Shown here: positions 52,951 through 64,000 of the stretch, piece after piece
Layout: each line of letters begins with the position of its first letter
Numbering within the stretch: position 1 is the stretch's first letter
DNA from: Octopus bimaculoides
Taxonomy: Eukaryota
NCBI RefSeq assembly: GCF_001194135.2
Contig: NC_068986.1
Coordinates: forward strand, 44,388,252 to 44,452,251
Direction of reading: 5' to 3'
Length of the DNA: 64,000 nt
Program-made: the position numbers and the translations under genes
Notes under the pieces: generated by a model
Database searches by the model: none
Seen by the model: the letters and a program-made list of their open reading frames with translations, nothing else
What the model was told of the DNA's origin: nothing

Positions 52951-53064
52951 CTAACCCTAAACTTAACCCTGACTCCAAACCTAATCCTACTTCTAACCCT
53001 AAGTTCTTACTTACCCTAACCCTAACTCTAACCCTGATTCTAAACTTAACCCTGATCATAACCC
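52951..53064. repeat. Degenerate (CCCTAA)n-like tract
   Basis: Repeated CTAACC/CCCTAA/CCTAAT hexamer variants over about 110 bp. Confidence 0.65.
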
Positions 53065-53087
53065 AGATCAGGCTATTTCACAGTGTA

Positions 53088-54260
53088 TGAGGGTCAGCTG
53101 AAAAGTTCATAGGCTGACCAAGATACTCTTATGGAATGTGATCAAATGAGGTTCATTTTTCAACATATTCCCCATGGCAGTCCACACACCTCTTCAATTG
53201 GTGTTGCAGTGCTTGGATTCCATTGGTGAAAAAGCTTTCATCTTGTTAGAAGCAGATATGACATCATCATCACTGCGATTACTGATTCTCAACCAAGTGT
53301 TTTTTTTCCTGCTACAGAACAGATGATAGTCAGATGGGGCCAAATCAGGAGAATATGGAGGGTGATCAATGAGTTAAAAACCACAGTCACGCATAGCAAC
53401 CATTGGAACCAAGGACTTGTGTGCTGGAGCATTATCCTGATGAAACAAGACCCCTTTTGTCAGTTTTCCTGTGTGTTTGGTCTTGATAGCCTTTCGTAAC
53501 TGCCCCAGCAACTTGGCATCGTACTCTCCATTGATGATATGGCCCTTTTGAAGATAGTCAATAAACACAATGCCTTTTGCATCCAAAAAAACTGAGGCCA
53601 TCACCTTCCTTGCAGATGAAAAGACCTTGGTTTTCTTTGGAGTAGGTGAGGAGGGGTGTTTACAATGTATGGATTGTCTCTGGTTCCAAGTAATAAACCC
53701 AACACTCATCCTGGCTTCAGAAATGTTCAAGGAAACCAGCTAGATCTTCCTCAAACAATATCATATTTTCCCATGATGTGATCAGTTTGGTGTACTTTTA
53801 ATCAGATATCACAAGACATAGCACCCACCAAGCAAAAGCCTTCATCATGCCAAGTTCATGGCACAGAATATTCTCAACTTTCTCATAGGATATGCTAATA
53901 GCATTGGTTATTTGATTTATTGGTCATCCATCACCATGTGGTGAATAAAAACAATGTTTTCCTCGACAGTGACAGCTACATGATGTCTAGATTTGGGTGA
54001 TCTTCAAGACTCTTTTCCCCTCCTAAATTCAGCTGCCTTCTCTTGCACTGTTGATAAAGCTGGAGCATCATCCCCTAATATAGAAGGCATGTCAGCATGA
54101 ATGTCCTTGGGGTCTAAACCCTTTTTCTGCAGGTACTTGATAACAATGCAATGCCAAATTTTGTTGATATTTGCTACTAGTTACTTTTGAAGTCTTCTTT
54201 GAACAGTCAGATGTCAGTTTATCTGGTAAAAAACAATGCACTTATTAATAAGAAGAGTTG
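53088..54260 (-). mobile_element. Mariner (DD34D) transposon, degenerate
   Basis: The left end is TA|TGAGGGTCAGCTGAAAAGTTCATAGGCTG. ORF 53374-53730 has PKKTKVFSSARKVMASVFLDAKGIVFIDYLQKG...VLFHQDNAPAH. An N-terminal HTH remnant (VIKYLQKKGLDPKDIHADM...AEFRRG) lies near 54160-54000. The right TIR was not identified. Confidence 0.88.
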
Positions 54261-54329
54261 AAATTAATGCATGCAAGATTTTACAGTTCTAGCATCACCC
54301 CTTCAGTCAACCAGTGAACATTTCAACCA

Positions 54330-54590
54330 ATCCTCATATACTACAGATGCTGAAGTAGCATCTGAGTTTGACAGATTGCTCAATCTTGTAAATTTCATAG
54401 ACTGTAACAAATACAAAGACAAGATAAATTGTCTAAAGAGTAAGGTTTTTGTGAGGCATCAATTTATAACTCCCGGACAACAGGCAACTGAATCACTCAG
54501 TCAATCTCTTCAAGAATTAGAACTCCTGGCTAAAGAATGCAACTTCATGGCAGTTCTGTCTCAAATGTATTCAAAAAACTTTAATGATGG
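54330..54590 (+). mobile_element. Gypsy-type LTR retrotransposon gag fragment
   Basis: VFVRHQFITPGQQATESLSQSLQELELLAKECNFMAV resembles the Gypsy Gag pattern (IFARH.L.TR.Q...ES...FL..L..LAKDC.F.AV). Confidence 0.6.
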
Positions 54591-55040
54591 AGTGGCTGTA
54601 TCTTAAAGAGTTGGCTTCCAAACTACATGGTTCTGGGTTCAGTCCCACCATGTAGCATCTTGGAAAGTTCTACTATAGCCCCAGGCTGACCAAACCCCTT
54701 GTGCATGAATTTGGTAGATGGAAACTGAAAGATGCCTGTTGTTGTTGTTGTTGTGCTTGCATGTGTGTTGTTCTTTTTCCTAATACTTTTGAACATCCTA
54801 ATTCATTTAATAATTAATTACATTATCTTTATATATGTTTTCTTTTTCTTAATCTACAGAAAGTATTTCTTCAATTCATGTTTTATGCCTTTAACTTGAC
54901 AGATGTTTATTATTATTATGATTATTATTATAAAACTTTGACACTTTATTTATTGTACTAAATATTGCTTAAACGTACAGATTTTTCTACTTTTCTTATT
55001 TTACTGCATTTTTAAATATTAGAATGTTTTTTGAAGTCAC

Positions 55041-55148
55041 AAGACCTGAAGAGTGTCCTCATTATGAGTGGTATTTATCTTGATCGATTCATTGTAGATT
55101 GACCAGATCCTTTCCACTTTTATGTGGCCATGAAATGCGTGTAGTCTT
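55041..55148 (+). ncRNA. Decayed type I hammerhead ribozyme motif with long stem II insert
   Basis: AAGAC-CTGAAGA-GTGTCC...GGCCAT-GAAA-TGCGTG-T-A-GTCTT. Stem I is AAGAC/GTCTT and the triplet is GUA. Two deviations look like CpG-to-TpG decay; there is also a T-C mismatch in stem II. Confidence 0.5.
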
Positions 55149-56089
55149 TTATTCACTTTCGTTTTTATAAATTTACTAAACGGATTAAAATTTTTAGTCT
55201 AATATTTTATAGATTTTATGGATTACAAATTTTCTCTTGGATTTTTAGATTTTTAAAATTAGTATTTTGTATAGTATGCTTTTCTAGATAGTGTCTGATC
55301 TCCTTCATTGTTTGAGTTGCACCGTGGTGGTTCTTCTCTAAATTATTAATATATATGTGTATGTGTGTGTGTGTGTGCGTGTCTTTGATTGTCCCTCACT
55401 ACTGATTGACATCCAATGTTGTTTGTTTATGTCCCTGTAACCTAGCAATTCAGCACAAAAGAGACCTACAGAATAAATACCAGTCTTTAAAAAATAAGTA
55501 CAGGAATCAATTTATTTGACTAAAATCCTTCAAGGCATTGCCTCAGCATGGCCACAGTTCAATGACTGAAACAAGTAAAAGATGAAAGATGGATGATAAA
55601 ATATGGATATTTTTCTTTTTCTGGAATTATGTGTCAAACAATATTTGACAACTGGAAAATAAAATGCTGGGCTTGGATGCAAGGCAGAGTTCTGGATTTA
55701 ACTTGAAAGAATGCTAGAGTTTATAACCAGGATATCATCATAGCTACTACTTTTGTTACAAAGGGAGACACCAAGTAGGAAGATAAGACATTTTGGCACA
55801 AGTGTTTTGGCACTACCTATATGGCATCATTGATTCGACTGGCTTATTTGACATCAAACATTTTAATGTTTCTTTAATTCTGTCTATTTGTCTCTCTCTG
55901 TGAGCATATGATTATGTTTATATGCATGTGTAATGTCTTTCTTTCTTTCTTCCATTCTCTTTCTCCCTGCCTGCCTACCAACTTATCTATCTATCTACCT
56001 ATCTATCTATCTATCTACGTGTGTGTGTGTGTGACCACACTAGCCAGATTGATTACATTTTTATCAGAAAGTGAGATACATGGTCGCTC

Positions 56090-57935
56090 ATAAATGCAAA
56101 GACCTTCCCTGGTAAAGAATGTACACCCCACCCCACACATAGATTGGTTATCAGTAACTTTTGACTTCAGGCTAAGATTCCAAGAAGCAGACTGATCTGG
56201 AAGAAAGATTTGGGAGCTTAACTATCCTTTAAATTGTCTGAGATTTAGGGACATCCTAATTGACAAATTTAGTAAGAAGGAAGAGGAACTACAGTCTTGT
56301 AACATAGAGGGCAATTGAGAGCTCCAGTGGGACAGCTTGCTGAATGCCATAGACCAAATCTGTGGCTGGTACAAAGTCCCAACCAGACCTAGGGTGACAT
56401 GGTGGTGGAACAATGTTGTAGACAAGGTGGTTAGAGCAAAACACCAGGCATAGAAGGACTGGAAGAATGGTGGGAGCAGAAAACTATATCAGGTAGCTAG
56501 GACGGAGGCTAGAAGACAGGTATACTTAGCCAGGGGAGAAGCAGAAAGGAGGAATGTCAATGCTCAGCAACATGAGGACCGGAGGCTTGAAGTGTTTTGG
56601 ATTGCAAGGCAGTGTGTCAGAGAAAATAGTGATGTGGTAGGAGAGAAATACGTTTGCATGGATTATGGCTCACTTGCAGTTAGTGATTCTGCAAATGAGG
56701 AGGCTTGGAGGTGCCACTATGAAAGGTTGCTAAATGTAGAGAATGCAAGGGAAGAGAGCCTGCTAATGAGTATCCAACAGAGGGGTTGGCTATCTGAATC
56801 AACGGTAGCTTAGTAGATAAAGCAATTAAAGATATAAAGACAGGGAAAGCCTCTGGTCCATCAGGAATCACAGCTGAGATGGTTAAAATATCTGGTGGTG
56901 TGGAATATGACCTGGTCACCCATATAGTTAATCAGGTTGTCCACAAGGAAGTCATACCAATTGATTGGTGTTGGCAGCATTATAGTCAACTGCTACAAAG
57001 GCAAGGGTGATGTCCTAGACAGAAATAATTACAGAGGCTCAACCAGGTGATGAAAGTTGCTGAAAGGGTCATAGCTCAATTAATTAGGAAAAGAGCATAG
57101 ATGAGGTTCAGTTTGGATTTGTGCCACGGAAAAGCACCACCTGGTGAGGTAACTGCAGGAAAAATACTTGGCCAAAGATAAACCACTGTATCCAGCTTTT
57201 GTGGACATGGAGAAAGCATTTGACAGGGTCTCCCTGCTCTCTTTTCTGGTGGGCAGTGCAAAAACTAAGGATAGATGAGTGGTTGATGAGAGCTGTACAA
57301 GTCATGTACAGGGATGATAGTAAGGTGAGAGTCACCAATGAGTATAGCAAGGAGTTTAGTGTAAAAGTAGGAGTCCACTAGGGATCGTTTCTTAGCCTCC
57401 TCTCGTTTATCACAGTCCTCCAAGCTATAACCAAGGAATTTTAGACTGGCTGCCCTTGGGATGACCTTGTTCTTATTGCTGAATCACTACCAGAACTAGA
57501 GAAGAAATTTCAGGTATGGAAGCATGGACAGGAATCGGAGGGCCTTAGAGTTAATTTAGCAAAGACCAGAAGGATCCTTAGAAGTAGTAGACAGTTACCA
57601 TTACTTAGGTGACCAAGTTAGTAGTGGAGGAGGTTGTTCCAAAAGCATAGTTGCTAGTATAAGAATCAGCTGGGTGAAGTTCAAAGAGCTACTATCTTTG
57701 TTAGTAATGAAGGGCTCTCCTTCAAAGTGAAAGACAGATTGTGTGATGCCTGTGTATGAACAGCTATGCTACATGGCAGTGAGACATGAGCTGGGACTAC
57801 TGAGGATATGCATGGGCTTGAAAGAAATGAACCAGTATGCTCTGCTGGACGGGTAATGTTGGTGTGCATATATGACAGAGTGTAAATGATTTGAAAGAAA
57901 AACTGAGTATATGAGGCATCAGATGATGATGATGA
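56090..57935 (+). mobile_element. RTE-clade LINE, 5'-truncated and degenerate
   Basis: Fragments include EAWRCHYERLLNVEN, KTGKASGPSGITAEM, YKGKGDVLDRNNYRG, FVDMEKAFDRV, VKVGVH*GS and DDLVLIAES. It ends in a (GAT)n tail. Confidence 0.85.
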
Positions 57936-58492
57936 TACATTTATGTGTGTGTGTATAGATATATATATTACTGTGCATATGTTTACCTCCAGTGCAAAGA
58001 TGTGCTGTCACATTTTGAATGTCTTGTCAGTTGTGCCAAATTGCCAGCATTTAAACAGCCACACCTGATTGCCTCATTCTGCAAGTAGGAAGCTATTTCA
58101 GCAGCTGCTTCTCAGAAGGTTTATTTATTTATTTTTCTTTTCTACTAGACAGGAGTAGACTTGTCTCCAGAAAATGTTTCACAAAAAATATGTCATGACA
58201 GCAAAAAAAGCTTTTATGAAAGAAGAAACACCTAAGTAAGTCAGCCTATAGGCCTACATAGCTTTGTTTTATATTTTTACATTCTTAAGGTAGTCTCAGG
58301 TAAAAGTCACACACAGCATTCTGTATTATACTACAACAGTGTTATTTGTTCATAGAAAAGTACCAAAGAATGCAAATACACAATGTAGTGTAAGAAACAG
58401 CTTCAAAACTTACATAAAATTTTATTGTAAACTGGTGCTTGGCAGTGGATCTGCGATGTCATTTGCTGAGGCAACAGTTGTGGTAGATGGAG

Positions 58493-59953
58493 TTAGTTTT
58501 TTGATAAATATGGTAAGCTTTGTCTGAATTGTTTGTTTCTTTTTCTCTTCATGAATTTCATAATATGAATGAAACACATCGTGTGCCATTCATTTAATCC
58601 TTGCAAATATCGTTCAATGTTTGGGTCCATTGCTTCAAAGTGTGCAAGAAGTTTATTCAGTCGAAATAAACCCTCTGATAATCCTTTTGTAGTAAAACTC
58701 TTTTCTGGCACCTCCTCTTCTTTTTCCAATTCAATAAGTTCTTTGAATTTTTGGTCTAGCAAATCTTTGATATTTTCCACTTCACACTCCAAAGAAAGAT
58801 CTTTAGCCAGTTTTACTATTTTCCTGTGAATCATTTCAAGTTCAACAAGGCATTTTCCAACACAATTTTTCCAGTCGCCTTTCATGCATTTCTTTGTCAC
58901 AGCTTTCTTGATATTCTTGATAAATGTCAGAATATTGTGCTTTATCCAAAATTCTCGCAGTGATAGTTCTTGGTTGGTGGCTATGGCTTGAGCGAAGGTG
59001 GCTTGAAGATAGCCGACAGTGTAGCAATCGAACCTTGATCCATTGGCTGGATGAGTGGAATCGTGTTCAAAGGAGGAACGAAGATCCGATAGATGTCCAG
59101 GCGCATTATAATCTTCAAAGGAATTCCTCTCTCCAAACAATATCCACAAACTTGAGGAATAAAACAATTCAGAAACCAGTCTTCAAACAGTCCTCATGTC
59201 ATCCATGCTTTAGATCGAGAACGAAAGTAGATGGGTAATGTTTGCTTATCTACATTCTTGAATGCATGCGAGTTTTCTGAGTGGTAAATTAAGAAAGGTT
59301 TTATCTTAGACCCTACAATGTTCCTGCAAGCAGCAGAGTCAGCCTGTCCTTAAATGCTTTAAATCCAGGCATGCATTTGGCTTCTCTGTTGATGTAAGCG
59401 CATGCATTTCCAAAAAATCTGCTCTGCTAGATAGCCTTCATCTGTAATTATTTCGTTCAAATAGCTAACAAATTTACCAGCTACTTCCTCATCTGCACTT
59501 GCCGCTTCTCCAGTCACTAACATTATGAATCTGGAATCTTTCTTTAAATCTTTTGAACCAGTACTTGTTAAAAATTTTTGACTGTATTCTTCTTCGGAAC
59601 ACTCCTTTACAGTCAGAAATAGACTTCTGGCCTTCGACTGTACACTAAAAAGACTTAACGATGTCCGTTTTTGGATCTGATCTTCAATCCAAATTTGAAG
59701 CAATTTTTCCATTTTGTGGATGGGCCTAGTCTGCTGCTTTATTCTAACTGTAAATTGTATGGGTCCTTTCTTTATCCTTCAAAATTGTTGAAACAGTAGA
59801 GTGTGATAATTTCAATTTATGGGTGATCTCATTCACTTTCTTTCCTCATTCATATTGTCTAATCACCATCATTTTTGTGTCAAGGTCAATGGCCTTTCTT
59901 TGCTTCTTGAAAGTTTGAGGAGCAGATGAAAATAATTTCTTCTTTGTAGACAT
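58493..59953 (-). mobile_element. Tigger/pogo transposase pseudogene
   Basis: ATG at 59953 gives MSTKKK...RKAIDLDTKMMVI...STVSTILKDKER (psq-type HTH). ORF 59359-59712 gives MEKLLQIWIEDQ...GEAASADEE (CENP-B HTH). ORF 58493-59167 resembles the Tigger C-terminus. It has multiple stops and frameshifts, and TIRs were not resolved. Confidence 0.85.
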
Positions 59954-61929
59954 TTTAGGGTATATTGTTCGAAAAACTATCAGACAAAATACAGAGTCAC
60001 GCCTGGTGTTAGTCAAAAATTTCGGAATCTCAAGCAGTCATCTTATAAACAAATATGAGGTTGCCTCGATGTCTTGGGATAACCAGTGGCGATCAATAAC
60101 CAAACCTAGGTTAAGCATTTGTTAGCTGACATCATCTGTAGACGGGTTAATTTCTATGAAATTAAACCCATTAGACTTCAACTGGATTATTATTATTGCT
60201 GCCCCAATCATCGTAAAGTTAATTGGTCATAAGTTGACGACCTGTATATACATATCATGAGCAGCAGCAGAGTTTTAATGTATTCACTTGGGTTGGATGG
60301 AATTTGTTGAGGTAGATTCTCTGCAGCCAGATACCTTTTTCACCTGTTCCCAAATAAAGTAATGTAACTTTGTTGTTAGCCACTTTTTCTTCAGTTTGTG
60401 TTATACGTTTCCCATCAAAAGAATTTCATACACAACCTAGAATGTATGAAATTGAACATGTTAAAATTGCCTATGGGATACAAGATGTTCAATGTTGCAG
60501 TAGGATCACAGCTAGAAGCTGAATGTCCATCTGCCAATTATTCCTGTGAAGGTGACATGGATTGAGTCCTCAAACACCTTTTCCATAGAGCCCTATTAGA
60601 AACCACTATAATTAGACTTTCCAGCTGGGTTCCCAAGCATGCCCAACTGAGACTATGGCTATTATCCAAACATCTCACTCGTGCTACTCCTAGGTCTCCT
60701 GTTGGCTTGACTTCAAGAAACCATTTTGTGATTCTTTTCTGTGATGTTCTAATTGCATATCTGCTGTACTTGAGCTTTGACCTTTCAAAGTAGTGTGTGA
60801 TGCCTGAGGAGACTTCCTGATCTCCAAGCTGAATGTTAAGAACCAGTATGACTGGTCACTAAAAGGAGCAAACAAAATATTTGAAATAAAAGTCTGTCCA
60901 GTACTTTATTGACCCTGGAGAAATGAAAGGCAAAGTCAAATTCAGTATGATCTGAACTCAGAACATAAAGGTGTGGAAGACATACCACAGAGCATTTTCT
61001 ACACATTCTAACAATTCTGCCAGCAATACACATACATAAGGAGTCTTTCGTATTTTTCATGTTTATATTTTGTATGTGAATATATTGTCACCACCATCTT
61101 ATTATCTACGGAATGTTTAGCACACTAAGTGAAATTTTGTCCATCTTTACATTCTGAGTTCAGTTTTGCCTTCCATCGTTTCAGGATTGATAAAATAAGT
61201 ACCAGTACTTTCTAGGTAGACTTTTGTGCTACTATCCAAAGAACTAGATATTGTCTTGTTACTAACTTCACTTATAAGGTACCAAAGAGCCTAAATAACA
61301 GAGCAATATGTCTATGTTGTGTAATAACCAAAGCAAAATTATCCACAACCAAGCAAGAGTTATGTATAACTATTGTACTGTGTGTGCAAGGTATTTTTTC
61401 ATTCAGGCTGTGCAACCATTGAGAGGATTGATATTTTTTGTATTTCATCAACAAAAACTGGACATTTTATGTGGCAAACATTCTCAGAGAATTTAATAAA
61501 TTCAGAAATGCTCAGATCTAACATTGTGCAAGGAAACTATGAAGTGTAGTAATTATGATATGTGGACATCAAATGATAAAAGCATCATTATTTCAATCAC
61601 GAGGTACAATATTCAGAAATGAAGCATGTCAAACTGCAAAAACCAGTTTGTAGTGATATTCATCAACATTGTTTTAATAAGCATTTTCCCATGCTTATAT
61701 GGACCTGACTGAAATGATTTCGAGGGTGGCTAAGTCTATGGTACCAAAGAGCCTAAATAACAGAGCAATATCGATATCTACTGTACTCATTCACTTATGG
61801 AATGGTTCATTTCACCCGATTTTGAGGTATCCAACACACTACGTCTTAAGGAAACTTTCCCTGGACAAGATACCACAGCCTGAAAGCATTTAAACAAAAC
61901 ACATACATTACAGTCTTATATTTTCATAT

Positions 61930-61935
61930 TTTATT
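61930..61935 (-). terminator. Polyadenylation signal AATAAA of RPL36
   Basis: AATAAA on the minus strand 18 nt after the stop codon, consistent with the short 3' UTRs typical of ribosomal protein genes. Confidence 0.6.
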
Positions 61936-61953
61936 CCACTTTTTTTTATAGAA

Positions 61954-62067
61954 TTATTTATGTGATGATGCTGCTGCGGCTGCTGCTTGTTGCTGTGCTT
62001 TTCTCATTTTCTGCAACATAATTTGCATTTCTTCACGTTTGGCTTTGGCACGTAAATGTGTTCCAAG
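61954..62067 (-). CDS. RPL36: 60S ribosomal protein L36 (eL36), last coding exon
   Basis: CTGATTTCAG acceptor, then LGTHLRAKAKREEMQIMLQKMRKAQQQAAAAAASSHK* (cf. RPL36 [29 protein letters not shown]). Upstream exons are not visible and probably lie in or beyond the gap starting at 63290. Confidence 0.9.
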   Translation of the reverse strand, partial: LGTHLRAKAKREEMQIMLQKMRKAQQQAAAAAASSHK

Positions 62068-64000
62068 CTGAAATCAGAAAGTAAATAGCAATAAAAAAAC
62101 TGTGTGTTAACTCAGTCTAACAGAAAATACAATGGGGTCTAAAAACACTCCATTACTTGATACTAACCCACCTAAGACTGCCCCTAGTTCTATGATATAA
62201 GCTTCTAGTTTTAATGAGATTTAAATTAAAATCTATCAAAATTTCATGTTAACTTATGTTCCAGACACCAGCTTAAAAATGACGAAGTTATTTTGACAAA
62301 TTCTTCACTAGTTTAAAAATGAACTGAAACAAAAGCAGTTGATTTCAACAGAAATATGGTAGCAAAGGGGTTAAAAGCAGAAATAGCAGTAGTGGACTAA
62401 TTGCCTTCTGCTATTTAGTTATACTTCTGTACATAAATTGTAAATATCCAAGTTGATTAGATTAATCATACTCACTCTCTAAACAATGCAGCTTAGTAAC
62501 AGTGTTAGAGAAATATGGCACATTCAATTGCTCAAACTTTGCAGACATCATATTGAGTCATATTAAAATAAGATGGTAGATGGAAATTGAGGATACAGTC
62601 CAACCCATGCTAGCATGGAAAGCGGACTTTAAACGATGATGATGATATCAATATCTGTGTATTTTTTGCCTATGTATAGCACTTCAAAATCAATAAACTG
62701 GAGCATTTGCACAAAAATATAATTAGAAATGTAAACTGAATTTGCTCATCAGAAAATTTTGAACCAATGATTTTATCATCACCATTTAGCATCCACTGTC
62801 CATGCTGGCATGGGTAGGACGGTTTGATTAGGGCTGGCCAGCGGGAAGGCTGCATAGCCTTCCTAACACCAACCACTCGGTGAGCGTAATGGATGTCTTT
62901 ACATGCCATTTATGTGATACCGATATCTGTCACGACCGCAATTTTACTTGGCTTGACAGAATACAAAAGGTCTCAGTCATTGCCTCTGTTAGGCCCAAAG
63001 TTTGAAGATAATGCTTCACCATCTCATCCCACATGTTCCCTCCACAATAAGTTCATAAAATAATCATAGGTTTCATATTGTGTAGATTAACCCTTTCATT
63101 ACCAAACCGCCTGAAAAAAATTTTGGTTCATGTGACCAAGCCGCCCAAAATCACCTATTCATATTTAAATGAGAATATCTGAGCAAATCTCGTTAGTACA
63201 TTCGTGAAAACACGTGATTATTTGTGTAAACAGTTCAGCAATAGTTTTGTACGACGATCAACGTGTTTTTTTAATTTTGTGAATTTTGGNNNNNNNNNNN
63301 NNNNNNNNNNNNNNNNNNNNNNNNNNNNNNNNNNNNNNNNNNNNNNNNNNNNNNNNNNNNNNNNNNNNNNNNNNNNNNNNNNNNNNNNNNNNNNNNNNNN
63401 NNNNNNNNNNNNNNNNNNNNNNNNNNNNNNNNNNNNNNNNNNNNNNNNNNNNNNNNNNNNNNNNNNNNNNNNNNNNNNNNNNNNNNNNNNNNNNNNNNNN
63501 NNNNNNNNNNNNNNNNNNNNNNNNNNNNNNNNNNNNNNNNNNNNNNNNNNNNNNNNNNNNNNNNNNNNNNNNNNNNNNNNNNNNNNNNNNNNNNNNNNNN
63601 NNNNNNNNNNNNNNNNNNNNNNNNNNNNNNNNNNNNNNNNNNNNNNNNNNNNNNNNNNNNNNNNNNNNNNNNNNNNNNNNNNNNNNNNNNNNNNNNNNNN
63701 NNNNNNNNNNNNNNNNNNNNNNNNNNNNNNNNNNNNNNNNNNNNNNNNNNNNNNNNNNNNNNNNNNNNNNNNNNNNNNNNNNNNNNNNNNNNNNNNNNNN
63801 NNNNNNNNNNNNNNNNNNNNNNNNNNNNNNNNNNNNNNNNNNNNNNNNNNNNNNNNNNNNNNNNNNNNNNNNNNNNNNNNNNNNNNNNNNNNNNNNNNNN
63901 NNNNNNNNNNNNNNNNNNNNNNNNNNNNNNNNNNNNNNNNNNNNNNNNNNNNNNNNNNNNNNNNNNNNNNNNNNNNNNNNNNNNNNNATAAGACCCCTCA

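Noticed and set aside
62715-62785. Possible C/D snoRNA (GTGATGA...CTGA) in the RPL36 intron
   Set aside because: The C-box-like motif is the (GAT)n tail of a common retroelement, and there is no terminal stem.

Overview
AT-rich, CpG-depleted, repeat-dense animal genomic DNA with six N gaps (6032-6667, 24087-24171, 26733-27267, 34647-34983, 42589-42598, 63290-63987). The repeat style suggests an octopus or other cephalopod draft assembly (inference). Two host genes are visible, both on the minus strand, and the ORF track misses most of their exons. WDR7 (Rabconnectin-3 beta) has six coding exons between 28372 and 17292 that splice into an open 705-nt (235-codon) N-terminus. RPL36 has its last coding exon at 62067-61954. 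The rest is mostly transposon debris: Tc1, mariner, Tigger/pogo, piggyBac- and hAT-type MITEs, a Helitron-like element, RTE LINEs, tRNA-head SINEs, a Gypsy gag fragment and two Penelope-like GIY-YIG endonuclease remnants. The most notable unannotated signal is a set of type I hammerhead ribozyme motifs: one intact with a long extended stem I (5920-6007, minus), one near-intact (43398-43499), two decayed (41924-41973, 55041-55148) and one half (7757-7802). Two near-perfect hairpins (27660-27874, 36259-36336) also lie in or upstream of WDR7.
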